A DNA stretch of 64,000 nucleotides from Candidatus Latescibacterota bacterium (lineage in GTDB: Bacteria; Krumholzibacteriota; Krumholzibacteriia; WVZY01; JAKEHA01). Of the stretch, positions 19,196 through 29,421 are shown piece after piece (position 1 is the stretch's first letter; each line of letters begins with the position of its first letter). The position numbers and the translations under genes are program-made. Below the pieces are notes generated by a model. That model saw only the letters and a list, made by a program, of their open reading frames with translations, was not told the DNA's origin and did not search any database. The stretch is from the NCBI GenBank assembly GCA_963707635.1, contig OY970173.1, positions 2,048,001 to 2,112,000 of the forward strand. The letters run 5' to 3'.

Positions 19196-20119
19196 CTAGG
19201 AAGTCCGGTCGATGACGCGCGTCATCATCGCCGCGAGCGCGCTTCCGCGCGCGTCGGGGAGGTAGCCCAGCGCCTGCTCGACCAGCTCGGCCGCGCGCCG
19301 TCGGGCGCGCTCGGGCCCCACCACCGCCGGGTAGGTGAGCTTGTCCCCGTGTACATCCTTACCCGGCGTCTTGCCAAGAGTTTCCTGATTTCCCTCCAGG
19401 TCGAGCAGGTCGTCGACGATCTGGAACGCGCGGCCGGTCGCATCACCCGCGGCGCGGAACCGCCGGCGAGTCTCGGGCGGAGCGGCGGCGAGCACGGCGC
19501 CGATTTCGAAAGCAGCGGCAATCAGGCGTCCGGTCTTGTGTTCGTGGATGCGCTCGACCAGCGAAACATCGCCGCCGCCGGCGGTTCCCAGGTCCAGCGC
19601 CTGCCCCGTGATGAGGCCGCCGGTTCCCGATGAAAACGACAGTACACGGCCCACCTCCACCACCATGGCGTCCGACACCGCGTGGCGCGTGCCGAGGGTA
19701 AAGACGATCTCGTAGGAGAGGTTCAGCAAGGCGTCGCCCGCCAGCACCGCGGTGGCTTCGCCGAAGCGCCGGTGGGAGCTGGGCCGCCCGCGCCGGAAAT
19801 CGTCGTTGTCCATGCACGGCAGATCGTCGTGAATGAGGGAGTACGTGTGCACGCACTCGACGGCGCAGGCCGCGTCGAGCGCCGCCGCGCGCGGCGCGCT
19901 CCCGCCTGCGGCGCCGAGCACGTCGCCCAGAACATCGAATGCCCAGAGGCACAGGAGCGGGCGCATCCGCTTGCCGCCGCCGAGCAGCGAGTATTCGACG
20001 GCCTCCCGCATGCCCCCGTGCTGGAACGCCAGCGCGGCGACCAGCTCCGCGAGGCGGGACTCGACCGCGGCGCCGTCCCGCCGCGCGGCCTCGGCGAAGG
20101 CATCGGTTCCCATCGTCAT
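19196..20119 (-). CDS. ispA: Farnesyl/geranylgeranyl diphosphate synthase
   Basis: GGKRMRP, SLIHDDLPCMDNDDFRRG, GQALD, FQIVDDLLD, GKTPGKD. Confidence 0.93.
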   Translation of the reverse strand: MTMGTDAFAEAARRDGAAVESRLAELVAALAFQHGGMREAVEYSLLGGGKRMRPLLCLWAFDVLGDVLGAAGGSAPRAAALDAACAVECVHTYSLIHDDLPCMDNDDFRRGRPSSHRRFGEATAVLAGDALLNLSYEIVFTLGTRHAVSDAMVVEVGRVLSFSSGTGGLITGQALDLGTAGGGDVSLVERIHEHKTGRLIAAAFEIGAVLAAAPPETRRRFRAAGDATGRAFQIVDDLLDLEGNQETLGKTPGKDVHGDKLTYPAVVGPERARRRAAELVEQALGYLPDARGSALAAMMTRVIDRTS

Positions 20120-20373
20120 GCGCGCTCGTCCGTCTCGTCGTCATCCACGTCGAAGCGGGCGCCCTCGACCAGTGAGCCGTCGGCAGTCTCCACCAGCGTG
20201 CGCACGCGCGTGTCGGCCCGATCCAAAAACTCCCGGCACCGCTTGCCGAGCGCGATTCCCTCTTCAAACATGCGCAACGCGTCTTCGAGCGAGTGCTTCC
20301 CGGTCTCGAGTTCCGACACGATCTGTTCGAGCCGGCTCATCGCGGCTTCGAAGGTGGTGGGTTCTTCCGTCAC
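20116..20373 (-). CDS. xseB: Exodeoxyribonuclease VII small subunit
   Basis: FEAAMSRLEQIVSELE...LEDALRMFEEG; GTG overlaps the xseA stop. Confidence 0.93.
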   Translation of the reverse strand: MTEEPTTFEAAMSRLEQIVSELETGKHSLEDALRMFEEGIALGKRCREFLDRADTRVRTLVETADGSLVEGARFDVDDDETDERA

Positions 20374-21596
20374 GCCGCGCCTCCCTGCGCTCGAATCGCG
20401 CCTTCGACGGCGGCCGACACCGCGCCGTCGTGAAACGTGATGTGCACGCGGCCGGCGCCGACGGCACCCGCCTCGCTCGCGACCAGCCGCCCGGTCGCGG
20501 GATCCACGCACACCGAGTACCCGCGCCGCAACACCTCACGCGGACTCAGGCCGCCGAGCCGGGCGGACGCGGCGTCGAGGCGGGTGGCGCGATCGCGCAG
20601 CAGCAGACGCGTGCCGCGCCGCAACCGATCGGCGGCGTGGTCGACGCGCTGCATCGACTGCTCGAGGCGGCCGCGCACCTGCCCGAGCGCGTAGCTGCGC
20701 AGAAGCGACGCGACCCGGCGGCCGGCGAGATCGACGCGGGCACGCGCCCCCGCCGCCAGCGAGCGCTCCATGCGCGCGACCCGCGCGAGGACGTCGGCGC
20801 GGACCGGCACCGCGATCTCCGCCGCCATGGTGGGGGTCGCGGCGCGCACGTCGGCAACGAAATCGGCGATGGTCACGTCGCTCTCGTGCCCCACCGCGCT
20901 GATCACCGGGTGGGCGCAGCGCCGGATGGCGCGCGCGACCGCTTCGTCGTTGAAGGCCCACAGGTCCTCGACGCTGCCCCCGCCGCGGCCGACGATGACG
21001 ACGTCGACGTCGTCGCGCGCCGACAGCGCGTCCAGCGCGCGCACGATCTGGCCGGGCGCGGCGTCGCCCTGCACCTGCACCGGCACAAACAGGACCGCGA
21101 CGCACGGAAAGCGCCGGCGGAGCGTGGAGAGGATGTCGCGGATCGCGGCTCCGGTCGGCGAAGTCACCACCGCGACGCCGCGCGGGAAGGCCGGGAGCGG
21201 CCGCTTGCGGGCCTCGTCGAACAACCCCTCTTCCCGGAGCCTGGCCACCAGGAGTCGAAAGGCGCGCTCGAGGTCGCCGCGCCCCGCCGGCTCGAGCGAG
21301 CGCGCGACCAGCTGGTACTGGCCCTGTGCCTCGTAGACGGTGAGACGGCCGCGTGCGACCAGCTGCATACCGTCTTCGAGCTCGAAGTCCACGACGCGGG
21401 CGTCGCCGCGGAAACACACCGCGGACAACTGGGAGCGCGCGTCCTTGAGCTTGAAATAGACGTGGCCCGATGAGTGCACGCGCAGATTCGACACCTCGCC
21501 CAGGATCGCAACCGTGGCGAATTCCCCCTCGATCAGCTCGCGCGCCAGCGTGTTGATCTCGCTGACCGCGTACACGCGCTCATCGTGACTCGACAT
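20370..21596 (-). CDS. xseA: Exodeoxyribonuclease VII large subunit
   Basis: GEVSN, SGHVYFKLKD, TSPTGAAIRD, RGGGSVEDLWAFNDE, GHESD, TPTMAAE. Confidence 0.95.
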   Translation of the reverse strand: MSSHDERVYAVSEINTLARELIEGEFATVAILGEVSNLRVHSSGHVYFKLKDARSQLSAVCFRGDARVVDFELEDGMQLVARGRLTVYEAQGQYQLVARSLEPAGRGDLERAFRLLVARLREEGLFDEARKRPLPAFPRGVAVVTSPTGAAIRDILSTLRRRFPCVAVLFVPVQVQGDAAPGQIVRALDALSARDDVDVVIVGRGGGSVEDLWAFNDEAVARAIRRCAHPVISAVGHESDVTIADFVADVRAATPTMAAEIAVPVRADVLARVARMERSLAAGARARVDLAGRRVASLLRSYALGQVRGRLEQSMQRVDHAADRLRRGTRLLLRDRATRLDAASARLGGLSPREVLRRGYSVCVDPATGRLVASEAGAVGAGRVHITFHDGAVSAAVEGAIRAQGGAA

Positions 21597-22473
21597 GCCC
21601 GCTCTCCCGCCGCATCCGGTGCGCGGCCAGCGTGTTGCTCATCAGCATCGCGACCGTCATCGGTCCGACGCCGCCCGGCACGGGGGTGATCAGCGACGCT
21701 TTCTCCGCCACCGATTCGAAGTCGACGTCGCCGACGATTCGATACCCTTTGGGCGCGCCGGCATCGTCGACGCGGTTGATCCCCACGTCCACCACCACCA
21801 CCCCGGGACGCACCATGTCGGCCTTGAGGAAGCGCGGGATTCCCATCGCGGCCACCACGATGTCGGCGGCGCGGGTGTGCGCGGCCACGTCGCGGGTCCG
21901 GCTGTGGCAGATGGTCACGGTGGCGTCGCCGCCTTCCCCTTTGAGGGCGAACAGGAGCGCCATCGGCTTGCCCACGATGACGCTGCGCCCGAGCACCACC
22001 ACGTCGGCGCCGGCGGTCTTGACCTGGTGCCGGATCAGGAGCTCGCGGATGCCCAGCGGTGTGCACGGCACGAAGCGCGGGTTTCCCGCCGCCAGGCGCC
22101 CCAGGTTCTCGGGGTGGAACCCGTCGACATCCTTGTGCGGGCTGATGGCGGCGATGGCGCGGTCGGAATCGATCTGGCGCGGCAGCGGGAGCTGGAGGAG
22201 AATTCCGTCCACGCCGTCGTCGTCGTTGAATCCGCGCAGGACTTCCAGCACGCGCGCTTCGCTGGCGTCTGCCTCGAGGTGCACGTTGCGCGAACCGATG
22301 CCGCACTCTTCGCACGCCTTCGCTTTGGTGCCGACGTAGACCTGCGACGCCGGGTCTTCACCGACGCGCACCAGCGCGAGTACCGGCGGGCGCGCACCCG
22401 CGAGACCCGCCACCGCCCGCGCCACCTCCTGCTTGATGGCGGCGGCCGCGGTCTTTCCGTCGAGCAACTGCAT
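21580..22473 (-). CDS. folD: Methylene-THF dehydrogenase/cyclohydrolase
   Basis: ASQVYV, QLPLP, KDVDGFHP, PCTP, GRSVIVGKP, TPVPGGVGPMT. Confidence 0.96.
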   Translation of the reverse strand: MQLLDGKTAAAAIKQEVARAVAGLAGARPPVLALVRVGEDPASQVYVGTKAKACEECGIGSRNVHLEADASEARVLEVLRGFNDDDGVDGILLQLPLPRQIDSDRAIAAISPHKDVDGFHPENLGRLAAGNPRFVPCTPLGIRELLIRHQVKTAGADVVVLGRSVIVGKPMALLFALKGEGGDATVTICHSRTRDVAAHTRAADIVVAAMGIPRFLKADMVRPGVVVVDVGINRVDDAGAPKGYRIVGDVDFESVAEKASLITPVPGGVGPMTVAMLMSNTLAAHRMRRESGHVESR

Positions 22474-23253
22474 TCAGTCCTCCAGCACGAGTTGGTGGTG
22501 TTCGAAGCGCCGAACCTTGCCGGTCTCGTCGTCGACATCCGCCACCACGTAGTCGCAGCGCGCGTCGTCGCGCGCCACTTCGAAACGCGTCGGGCGCATG
22601 GTGAGGAAACGCTCGATCACGTCCTCCTTGCGCACGCCGAGGATGGAATCGTTCGACCCGGTCATGCCGACATCGGTGACGTAGCCGGTCCCGCCCGGAA
22701 ACACACGCGCGTCCCGGGTGGGAACGTGCGTGTGCGTGCCGATCACCATCGAAACGCGGCCGTCGAGGTAGTAGCCCATCGCGATCTTCTCACTGGTGGC
22801 CTCGCCGTGGAAATCTACCACGATGATCTTGACCGTGGCGGGCAGCGATTCGATCAGGCGGTCGACGGTCCGGAAGGGGCAGTCGAGCGGCGGCATGAAC
22901 ACGCGCCCCTGCACGTTGAGCACGGCCACCCGCCCGCCGGTGTTGGGGACCACGGCGGCCCCGCGGCCGGGCGACGCCGGATAGTTGGCGGGGCGGATCA
23001 GGTTGTCCTTCGACTCGAGCAGCGGGATCCCTTCCCGTTTGTCCCACACGTGGTTGCCGGTGGTGAAGAACGACACCCCGGCCGCTTCCATCTCGGCGAT
23101 GCCCGTCGGGTTGATGCCGAAGCCGCCCGCGGAGTTTTCCGCGTTGGCGATGATGAGCGCGGCGTGGTGCCGTTCGCGCAGCCGGGGCGCGGCGTAGGCG
23201 ACCGCGCGCCGGCCGGTCTTGCCGACCACGTCCCCGATGAAGGCGATGATCAC
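22474..23253 (-). CDS. ymdB: YmdB/TIGR00282 metallophosphoesterase
   Basis: GDVVG, NAENSAGG, TGNH, DFHGEATSEK, GTHTHV, TDVGMTG; follows rny as usual. Confidence 0.93.
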   Translation of the reverse strand: MIIAFIGDVVGKTGRRAVAYAAPRLRERHHAALIIANAENSAGGFGINPTGIAEMEAAGVSFFTTGNHVWDKREGIPLLESKDNLIRPANYPASPGRGAAVVPNTGGRVAVLNVQGRVFMPPLDCPFRTVDRLIESLPATVKIIVVDFHGEATSEKIAMGYYLDGRVSMVIGTHTHVPTRDARVFPGGTGYVTDVGMTGSNDSILGVRKEDVIERFLTMRPTRFEVARDDARCDYVVADVDDETGKVRRFEHHQLVLED

Positions 23254-23264
23254 ATGGCTCGATT

Positions 23265-23722
23265 CTAGCGCGCGAAGTCGACCGCGCGCGTCTCCCGGAT
23301 GACGACGACCTTGACCTGGCCGGGGTAATCGGTTTCCTTCTCGACCCGCCTGGCCACGTCGAAGGCGAGCTGGCGCGCGCGCTCGTCGTCGATCTTGCGA
23401 TTGCTGACGATGATCCGAATCTCCCGGCCCGCCTGAATGGCGTACGACTTCTCCACGCCCTCGAACGCGTCGGCGATTTCCTCGAGTTTCGTCAGGCGGC
23501 GCACGTACCCCTCGAGCGATTCGCGGCGCGCCCCCGGCCGCGCGCCGACTCGACTTCCCGCCGGCGCTCCTCGGCGAGGCGCGCCGCCTCGGTCAGCGTG
23601 CGCTGGGAGGCTTCGCGCATGCGTGAGGCGCGCGAGCCGGTCGCCCGCCGCGCGCCCACGAGCCCGACGACCCCTCCGACACACGCGGCGGCCGCGGCAA
23701 TGATGAGCAGCAAGAGCGGCAC
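23265..23722 (-). pseudogene. rny: RNase Y with internal deletion (TM anchor joined to C-terminal domain; KH and HD domains absent) and a frame change near 23543
   Basis: N-part [20 protein letters not shown]...EERRRE after GGAGG. C-part [24 protein letters not shown]...[11 protein letters not shown]...[15 protein letters not shown] is in another frame. Syntenic zapA-6S-rny-ymdB. Confidence 0.85.
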
Positions 23723-23803
23723 GGGGTGCCTCCCGTGGTTGCCGGAGCGTCACGCGCCGGGACACGCCAGGACGCCGTCAGGAGGCTGGGAACCGGGGGA
23801 AAT

Positions 23804-23988
23804 GAAAATTCCCCACGCTATGCCGTGTGCAAGGGAACTCATGAACCATTAGGTTCACGTGGACGCCCGCACGAATCGGTTTGTTCACCACGCGAAGTGG
23901 ATAGACAGCACGATCCGAATAAGGCTTCCCTGAATAAGGTGTTGGCTCAAAAATTACCTTATCATCACGAACATGGTAGGGAATTTTC
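23804..23988 (-). ncRNA. ssrS: 6S RNA
   Basis: About 185 nt, lower GC. Terminal stem GAAAATTCCCTAC/GTGGGGAATTTTC, internal TGAGCCAACACC...GGGAAGCC and GGTTCA elements. Canonical position between zapA and rny. Confidence 0.85.
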
Positions 23989-24054
23989 TTAATGTCTATA
24001 GACTGAGCTCCGCTCGTCGTCCTATCACGTCCTTATCCATGCCGCAACGTCGTA

Positions 24055-24387
24055 TCACGCCTCGGCCGACAATCGTTCGTCGAGCAGCGCGATCAAACTC
24101 TGGGTCCGCCGCTCGATGCTCGCCATGTCCTCGCTGGATGCTCGTCGCAACTGCAACAACTCGTCGGCGATATTCATCGCGGCGAGTATCGCAACTCGCT
24201 CCGGCACGGGAGCTGCTGCCCCGCGGGAGACCTCCCGCATCTTCGCGTCGACGTAATCGGCGACTTCCCGGACATACGTGTCGTCCGCGACGCCGCGGAT
24301 CTTGTACTCGCGTCCCAGAATCTCCACCGTGGTGGGTTTGGATTCGCCGCCGCCGATCGGTTTGTCGTCGAGGTTCGTAGTCAACAC
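24055..24387 (-). CDS. zapA: Cell division protein ZapA
   Basis: VEILGREYKI...VADYVDAKMREV...VAILAAMNIADEL. Confidence 0.92.
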   Translation of the reverse strand: MLTTNLDDKPIGGGESKPTTVEILGREYKIRGVADDTYVREVADYVDAKMREVSRGAAAPVPERVAILAAMNIADELLQLRRASSEDMASIERRTQSLIALLDERLSAEA

Positions 24388-24412
24388 CTCAAGTCAGGTC
24401 TGCCCCGCGCGA

Positions 24413-24697
24413 CTACAACTGGAGTTCGCCCAGCTTCTCAAGCACGCGGTCGATTCGCTTCCTGACTTCCTCCTTGTGAAACGATCCGATGATCTTCTCG
24501 TGATTCGATTTGAGATGATTGATTCGCTCGGTCAATTCCCGGTTGCTCGCGCGCAGGCGTTCGATTTCGCGCTCCAGCGACGCCTTCTGGTCCTGCATCG
24601 CCTGGTACTGGTCCTTCAAGCGCGTGAAACGCACGCCGGTCTGGGCGATGCGCTCCTCGAGCACTTCCAGTTTTTCGATCGCCTTGGCGCCGTCCAT
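24413..24697 (-). CDS. ZapB-like coiled-coil protein
   Basis: 94-aa heptad-rich ORF MDGAKAIEKLEVLEERI...VRKRIDRVLEKL between pheT and zapA. Confidence 0.75.
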   Translation of the reverse strand: MDGAKAIEKLEVLEERIAQTGVRFTRLKDQYQAMQDQKASLEREIERLRASNRELTERINHLKSNHEKIIGSFHKEEVRKRIDRVLEKLGELQL

Positions 24698-24714
24698 GGC
24701 CCGATTCCCCTCCG

Positions 24715-27114
24715 TCACGATCGCAGCACGACGCCCAACTCGGCTTCGAGCTTGGAGACGATCTTCGCGACCACAGCCTCCACCTCCGCGTCGGTCAGGG
24801 TGCCCTCCGACGACCGGAACGACAGCCGCACCCCGTAGGCGGTGCGATCGACCCCGAGACTCGCGCCGCGAAACACGTCGAATATTTGCAGGGATTCTAG
24901 CAACCGTCCTCCGACCTTTGCCACATGTTTTTCGATCTGTCCCCAGCCTACGCCGGCGGGTGCGACCAGCGAGAGGTCGCGCCGCGACGCGGGAAACTCC
25001 GAGAAGGGACGGAAGACGGGCCGGTCGGATCGCAGCTCGTAGAGGGCGGTGAGGTCGATGCTCGCATACCAGAGCGGTTGCGCGAGGTCCAGGTCGCGCG
25101 CCGCGCGCGCGGGAGCGACGCCGCCTTCGACCACCGCGTGGCGGCGGTCGGAGTATCGAAAGGTCCCGCTGGTGGGCTCGAAGTCGTAGGTCAGGCTCTC
25201 GTGCGCGCGCGGCCGGTGCGTGGCAAGGAGGGTTTCGATCTCCGCCTTGATTTCGAACAGGTCGACCGGCGCGCTCGCCGTGCGCCAGAACGACGCGCCT
25301 TCCGGCCGCGTGCGCGCGATGACGAGGTGCAAGGGTTCTTCGGGGAGCCCGGTGGTGCCCGCCGCGCGCAGGAACACGCGCCCCACCGCGAACACGTGCA
25401 GCTCCCGCCGCCCGTGGGCGAGGTTGCGCGCCACCACGTCCAGCACCGACGGCAGGAGGTGGGTGCGCAGCAGCGCCTGGTTCGACGACAGCGGGTTGAC
25501 GACGGCGATGGGCTGGCTGCGCGGGTCGCTGTCCGCCCACCCGAACCAGCCCAGCTCGTGCCCGTCGGTGAACGTCGAGGTGAGAACCTCGGTCATGCCG
25601 CGCGCGACCAGGTGGTCCGAGACGCGGTCGACGAAGCGGTCGAACGGGTCGGGCTTCGACGGCACCGTGGCGCGGTAGCGCCAGCCCTTGCCGATGTTCT
25701 CGTATCCGTAGAGTCGCGCCACCTCCTCCACCAGGTCGGTCTCTTCCACCAGGTCCCAGCGAAACGAAGGGATCGTCACCGTGACGACGTCGCGTTCGCT
25801 CCCGGTCCGCCGCAACTCCAGGCGATCGAGCAGCCCGGCGATGGCCTCGGTCGAAAGCGCCTCGCCGAGCAGGCGCTTCACGGTGGTGCGACGGACCGAT
25901 ACCGTGCGCGGCCCGTGGGGCGCAGGAAACGCGTCGACCATGTTGCCGGCCGTGCCCCCGGCGAGCTGCGCGATCAGCGCGCACGCCCGGTCCGATGCGC
26001 GGCGGCACACCTCGCGATCGCTGCCCCGTTCGAAACGGTAGGACGCGTCCGTGTTGACGTTGAGCGAGCGCCGCGTGCGCCGCACCGCTCGCGGGTCGAA
26101 GGCGGCGCTTTCGAGCAGGATGCTGGTAGTCGCGTCGGTGATGCGCGTGGCCATGCCGCCGATCACGCCTGCCACGCCGACGGCTTCGTCTTTCGCCGTG
26201 ATCACGAGGTGCTCGTGGTCGAGCGCGAGGGTGCGTCCGTCGAGCGCTTCGATCCGTTCGCCCCGCCGCGCGCGGCGTACCCCCATCGCGGCCGAGGGCA
26301 GCGCGCCGAGGTCGTAGGCGTGCAACGGTTGCCCGAATTCGAGCATCACGTAGTTGGTGACGTCGACGATGTGGTTGATCGGCTTGACTCCGACCTTCTC
26401 GAGCGCGGCCGCGAGCCACGCCGGCGACGGCCCCACCCGCACCCCGTGGACGACGCGCGCGACGAACCGGAAGCAGTCCTTCGGATCCTCGATCTCCACG
26501 CGTACGTCGGTGTCGTCCGGCGCGGCGGACGCCTCGGGCACGTCCGGGAGCCGCAGCGGCGTGCGGTAGATGGCGGCGATTTCGCGCGCGACGCCGATGT
26601 GCCCGAGCTGGTCCGGACGGTTCGGGGTGATCTCCAGCTCGAGCGTCGCGTCGGTCTGGCCGATCAAGTCGACCAGCGGCGTGCCGATGGAGGCGTCGGG
26701 TGCCAGCACCATGATGCCACCCGACTCGGCGCCGAGCCCGAGCTCCACTTGCGAGCAGATCATCCCGTTGGAGGTCACGCCGCGAATCTTGCTCTTGCGG
26801 ATCTTCAGCCCGTTGGGAAGCCGGGCGCCGACGGTGGCGACGGCGACGCGCTGCCCCGCCGCGACGTTGGGCGCCCCGCACACGATCTCGAGCGGCTCGC
26901 CCTGGCCCACGTCGACCCGGCAGACGCGCAGCCGGTCCGCGTCCGGGTGCGGCCCGGCCGCGAGGACGTGGCCGACGACGACGGCGCGTTCGGTCAGGCC
27001 GGCGGCCATGAGCCGCTCCACCTTGACCCCGTGCATGGTGAGGTCGTTGGCGAGGGTTGCCGCGTCGACGGGAATGTCGACGTACTGGCGCAGCCACGAG
27101 AGCGAAACGATCAC
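24715..27114 (-). CDS. pheT: Phenylalanine--tRNA ligase beta subunit
   Basis: SLSWLRQYV, HPDADRL, IVCGAPN, ITPNRPD, GQPLHAYD, RFERG, FPASRRDLS, TLTDAEV. GTG at 27114. Confidence 0.96.
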   Translation of the reverse strand: MIVSLSWLRQYVDIPVDAATLANDLTMHGVKVERLMAAGLTERAVVVGHVLAAGPHPDADRLRVCRVDVGQGEPLEIVCGAPNVAAGQRVAVATVGARLPNGLKIRKSKIRGVTSNGMICSQVELGLGAESGGIMVLAPDASIGTPLVDLIGQTDATLELEITPNRPDQLGHIGVAREIAAIYRTPLRLPDVPEASAAPDDTDVRVEIEDPKDCFRFVARVVHGVRVGPSPAWLAAALEKVGVKPINHIVDVTNYVMLEFGQPLHAYDLGALPSAAMGVRRARRGERIEALDGRTLALDHEHLVITAKDEAVGVAGVIGGMATRITDATTSILLESAAFDPRAVRRTRRSLNVNTDASYRFERGSDREVCRRASDRACALIAQLAGGTAGNMVDAFPAPHGPRTVSVRRTTVKRLLGEALSTEAIAGLLDRLELRRTGSERDVVTVTIPSFRWDLVEETDLVEEVARLYGYENIGKGWRYRATVPSKPDPFDRFVDRVSDHLVARGMTEVLTSTFTDGHELGWFGWADSDPRSQPIAVVNPLSSNQALLRTHLLPSVLDVVARNLAHGRRELHVFAVGRVFLRAAGTTGLPEEPLHLVIARTRPEGASFWRTASAPVDLFEIKAEIETLLATHRPRAHESLTYDFEPTSGTFRYSDRRHAVVEGGVAPARAARDLDLAQPLWYASIDLTALYELRSDRPVFRPFSEFPASRRDLSLVAPAGVGWGQIEKHVAKVGGRLLESLQIFDVFRGASLGVDRTAYGVRLSFRSSEGTLTDAEVEAVVAKIVSKLEAELGVVLRS

Positions 27115-28136
27115 GAGCCCGGCTCCTGGAACTGCTCGAGGAAGCGGAGGTCGTTCGCCAGGAACATGCGGATATCGGTGATCCCGTGGCGGATCATGGC
27201 GATGCGGTCGACGCCGACGCCGAAGGCGAACCCCGAGTACTGGTCCGGGTCGTAGCCGACGCCGCGCAGCACGTTCGGGTGGACCATGCCCGCCCCGAGG
27301 ATCTCGATCCACCCCGTCTGCCCGCAAATCCCGCACCCGCTACCGTTGCACGCGAAGCACGACATGTCGACGTCCACGCTCGGCTCCGTGAACGGAAAGA
27401 AATGCGGCTTGAAGCGCACCTGGATGGTGGGTCCGAAGAGCTCGCGCAGGAACAACAGGAGGTCGCCGCGCAGGTCCGCCATGGTGACGGCGGTGTCGAT
27501 GAAGAGCCCCTCGACCTGGTGGAACTCGGCCTGGTGGGAGGCGTCGATCGCCTCGTTGCGATACACGCGTCCCGGCGCGTAGATCTTCAGCGGCGGCTTG
27601 TTCTCCTCCATGAAGCGCACCTGAATGGGCGAGGTGTGCGTGCGCAGCAGGATGCTGTCGGACACGTAGAACGTGTCCTGGAGGTCGCGTGACGGGTGCT
27701 CGTCGGGAAAATTGAGCGCCTGAAAATTGTAGTACTCGAGCTCGACTTCGGGGCCGGTCGCGAGGCGGTACCCCATGCCCTCGAGGATGTCGGCGATGCG
27801 CCGGAAGGTCTGGCTGATCACGTGGCGGCGTCCCACCACGCCCGCCGAGGCCGGAAGCGTCCCGTCCAGCGGCGCGCGGTAAAGCGGGTTGGCGTCGCCC
27901 CCGCCCAGTTCCGAGCGCCGCGCGTCGAGGAGCGACTCGCACAGCTGCTTGAGCCGGTTGGCCTCCCCTCCCAGGCGCGGGCGCTCGTCGGCGGACGCGC
28001 TCCCGACGGCGCGCAGGAGGCCGGTGACGACCCCCTTGCGGCCCAGATACCGGACGCGGACGACTTCGAGGTCGTCCAGGCTGGAGCACGCGGCGATGTC
28101 TCGGCGAAGGGAGGATTCGATGGCGCTGGTGTCCAT
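27111..28136 (-). CDS. pheS: Phenylalanine--tRNA ligase alpha subunit
   Basis: HPSRDLQDTFY, LRTHTSPIQ, FHQVEG, FPFTEPS, GAGMVHPNVL. Confidence 0.97.
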   Translation of the reverse strand: MDTSAIESSLRRDIAACSSLDDLEVVRVRYLGRKGVVTGLLRAVGSASADERPRLGGEANRLKQLCESLLDARRSELGGGDANPLYRAPLDGTLPASAGVVGRRHVISQTFRRIADILEGMGYRLATGPEVELEYYNFQALNFPDEHPSRDLQDTFYVSDSILLRTHTSPIQVRFMEENKPPLKIYAPGRVYRNEAIDASHQAEFHQVEGLFIDTAVTMADLRGDLLLFLRELFGPTIQVRFKPHFFPFTEPSVDVDMSCFACNGSGCGICGQTGWIEILGAGMVHPNVLRGVGYDPDQYSGFAFGVGVDRIAMIRHGITDIRMFLANDLRFLEQFQEPGS

Positions 28137-28154
28137 CGGGGCGACGGCCGGCGC

Positions 28155-28520
28155 CTAGCGGGAGGTACCCGACGCCGCCTTCGCGACGTCGGCCAGCTTG
28201 CTGAATCCGGCGGCGTCGTGGACCGCCATCTCCGCCAGCATCTTGCGGTCGACGTCGACCGCGGCCTTCTTGAGGCCGCTGATGAAACGGCTGTACGAGA
28301 GCCCGTTCACGCGCGCCGCGGCGTTGATGCGCGCGATCCAGAGCGCGCGGAAGTGGCGCTTCTTTTGTTTGCGATCCCGGTAGGCGTAGACCCCGGCCCG
28401 TTCCACGGTCTCGCGCGCGGTGCGGTACAGCGTGCGCCGACCGCCGACGTTGCCCTTCGCCTGCTTGAGTACCTTCTTGCGGCGCTCGCGCCCGGCGACC
28501 GTGTTCTTTGTGCGTGGCAT
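28155..28520 (-). CDS. rplT: 50S ribosomal protein L20
   Basis: [33 protein letters not shown]. Confidence 0.97.
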   Translation of the reverse strand: MPRTKNTVAGRERRKKVLKQAKGNVGGRRTLYRTARETVERAGVYAYRDRKQKKRHFRALWIARINAAARVNGLSYSRFISGLKKAAVDVDRKMLAEMAVHDAAGFSKLADVAKAASGTSR

Positions 28521-28605
28521 GACAAATCCTCCTTGCGGCGCGCTTTTTCGCGGGCGGCGCCGTGCCCGCAGACGTTGCTGCCCGGGTGGTTCGCCCGGGC
28601 GTGAC

Positions 28606-28800
28606 CTACATCACCAGCATGCGCCGAACGCGCTTCATGTCCGACGCGTTCACGAGCGCGCTCTTGCGCAGGCCGCGTTTGCGCTTGGTGGTCTTCTTGG
28701 TCAGGATGTGGTTCTTGAACGCCTTGTTGCGGCGGATCTTGCCGGTCCCCGTCTTACGAAAGCGTTTCTTCGCCGACCGGCTTGTCTTTAACTTCGGCAT
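28606..28800 (-). CDS. rpmI: 50S ribosomal protein L35
   Basis: [21 protein letters not shown]...HILTKK. Confidence 0.97.
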   Translation of the reverse strand: MPKLKTSRSAKKRFRKTGTGKIRRNKAFKNHILTKKTTKRKRGLRKSALVNASDMKRVRRMLVM

Positions 28801-29401
28801 GGCTGACTTCCTTTTCTTCCGGCTCGCGCTTCGCTGCGGGCGTCGCGCGCGGCTTGGGCTGCGGACCCGACTTGGCCGGCAGCGGTGCCATGTACATGAT
28901 CATGAGCCGCCCCTCGAACTCGGGGTTGCGCTCGACTTGCCCCACGTGCACCAGATCCTTGGTGAGGCGATCCAGGATGCGGTACCCGAGCTCCTTGTGG
29001 TCGAGCTCGCGGCCGCGAAACATCAAGGTGAACTTCACCTTGAAATGTTTGGAGAGAAACTCTTCCGCGTGGCGCTTCTTGAACTGGTAATCGTGCTCTT
29101 CCGTCTTCGGGCGGAACTTGACTTCCTTGATCTGGAACGTGTGCTGTTTCTTCTTGGACTGCTTCTGCTTCTTGCTCTGCTCGTACTTGAACTTCCCGAA
29201 ATCCATGATCCGGCAGACCGGCGGACGCGAGGTCGGCGAGACTTCCACCAGGTCGAGCCCCTGCTCGCCGGCCAGGCGTATCGCCTGGGCCGTCGGCATC
29301 ACGCCGAGCTGGTTGCCGTCCGCCCCGACGACGCGGACCTCGGGGACACGAATCTGCTCGTTGGCCCGAATGCGCGGTTTTCTTGTTCGATCGAAGCTGA
29401 T
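28754..29401 (-). CDS. infC: Translation initiation factor IF-3 (non-canonical ATC start)
   Basis: GGAGGAGACG-ATC AGC TTC..., in frame with [49 protein letters not shown]. Confidence 0.93.
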   Translation of the reverse strand: MSFDRTRKPRIRANEQIRVPEVRVVGADGNQLGVMPTAQAIRLAGEQGLDLVEVSPTSRPPVCRIMDFGKFKYEQSKKQKQSKKKQHTFQIKEVKFRPKTEEHDYQFKKRHAEEFLSKHFKVKFTLMFRGRELDHKELGYRILDRLTKDLVHVGQVERNPEFEGRLMIMYMAPLPAKSGPQPKPRATPAAKREPEEKEVSHAEVKDKPVGEETLS

Positions 29402-29421
29402 CGTCTCCTCCTTCGGGACAC

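Noticed and set aside
27320..27365. CxxC-x4-CxxC motif in PheS
   Set aside because: Common insertion in many bacterial PheS proteins.
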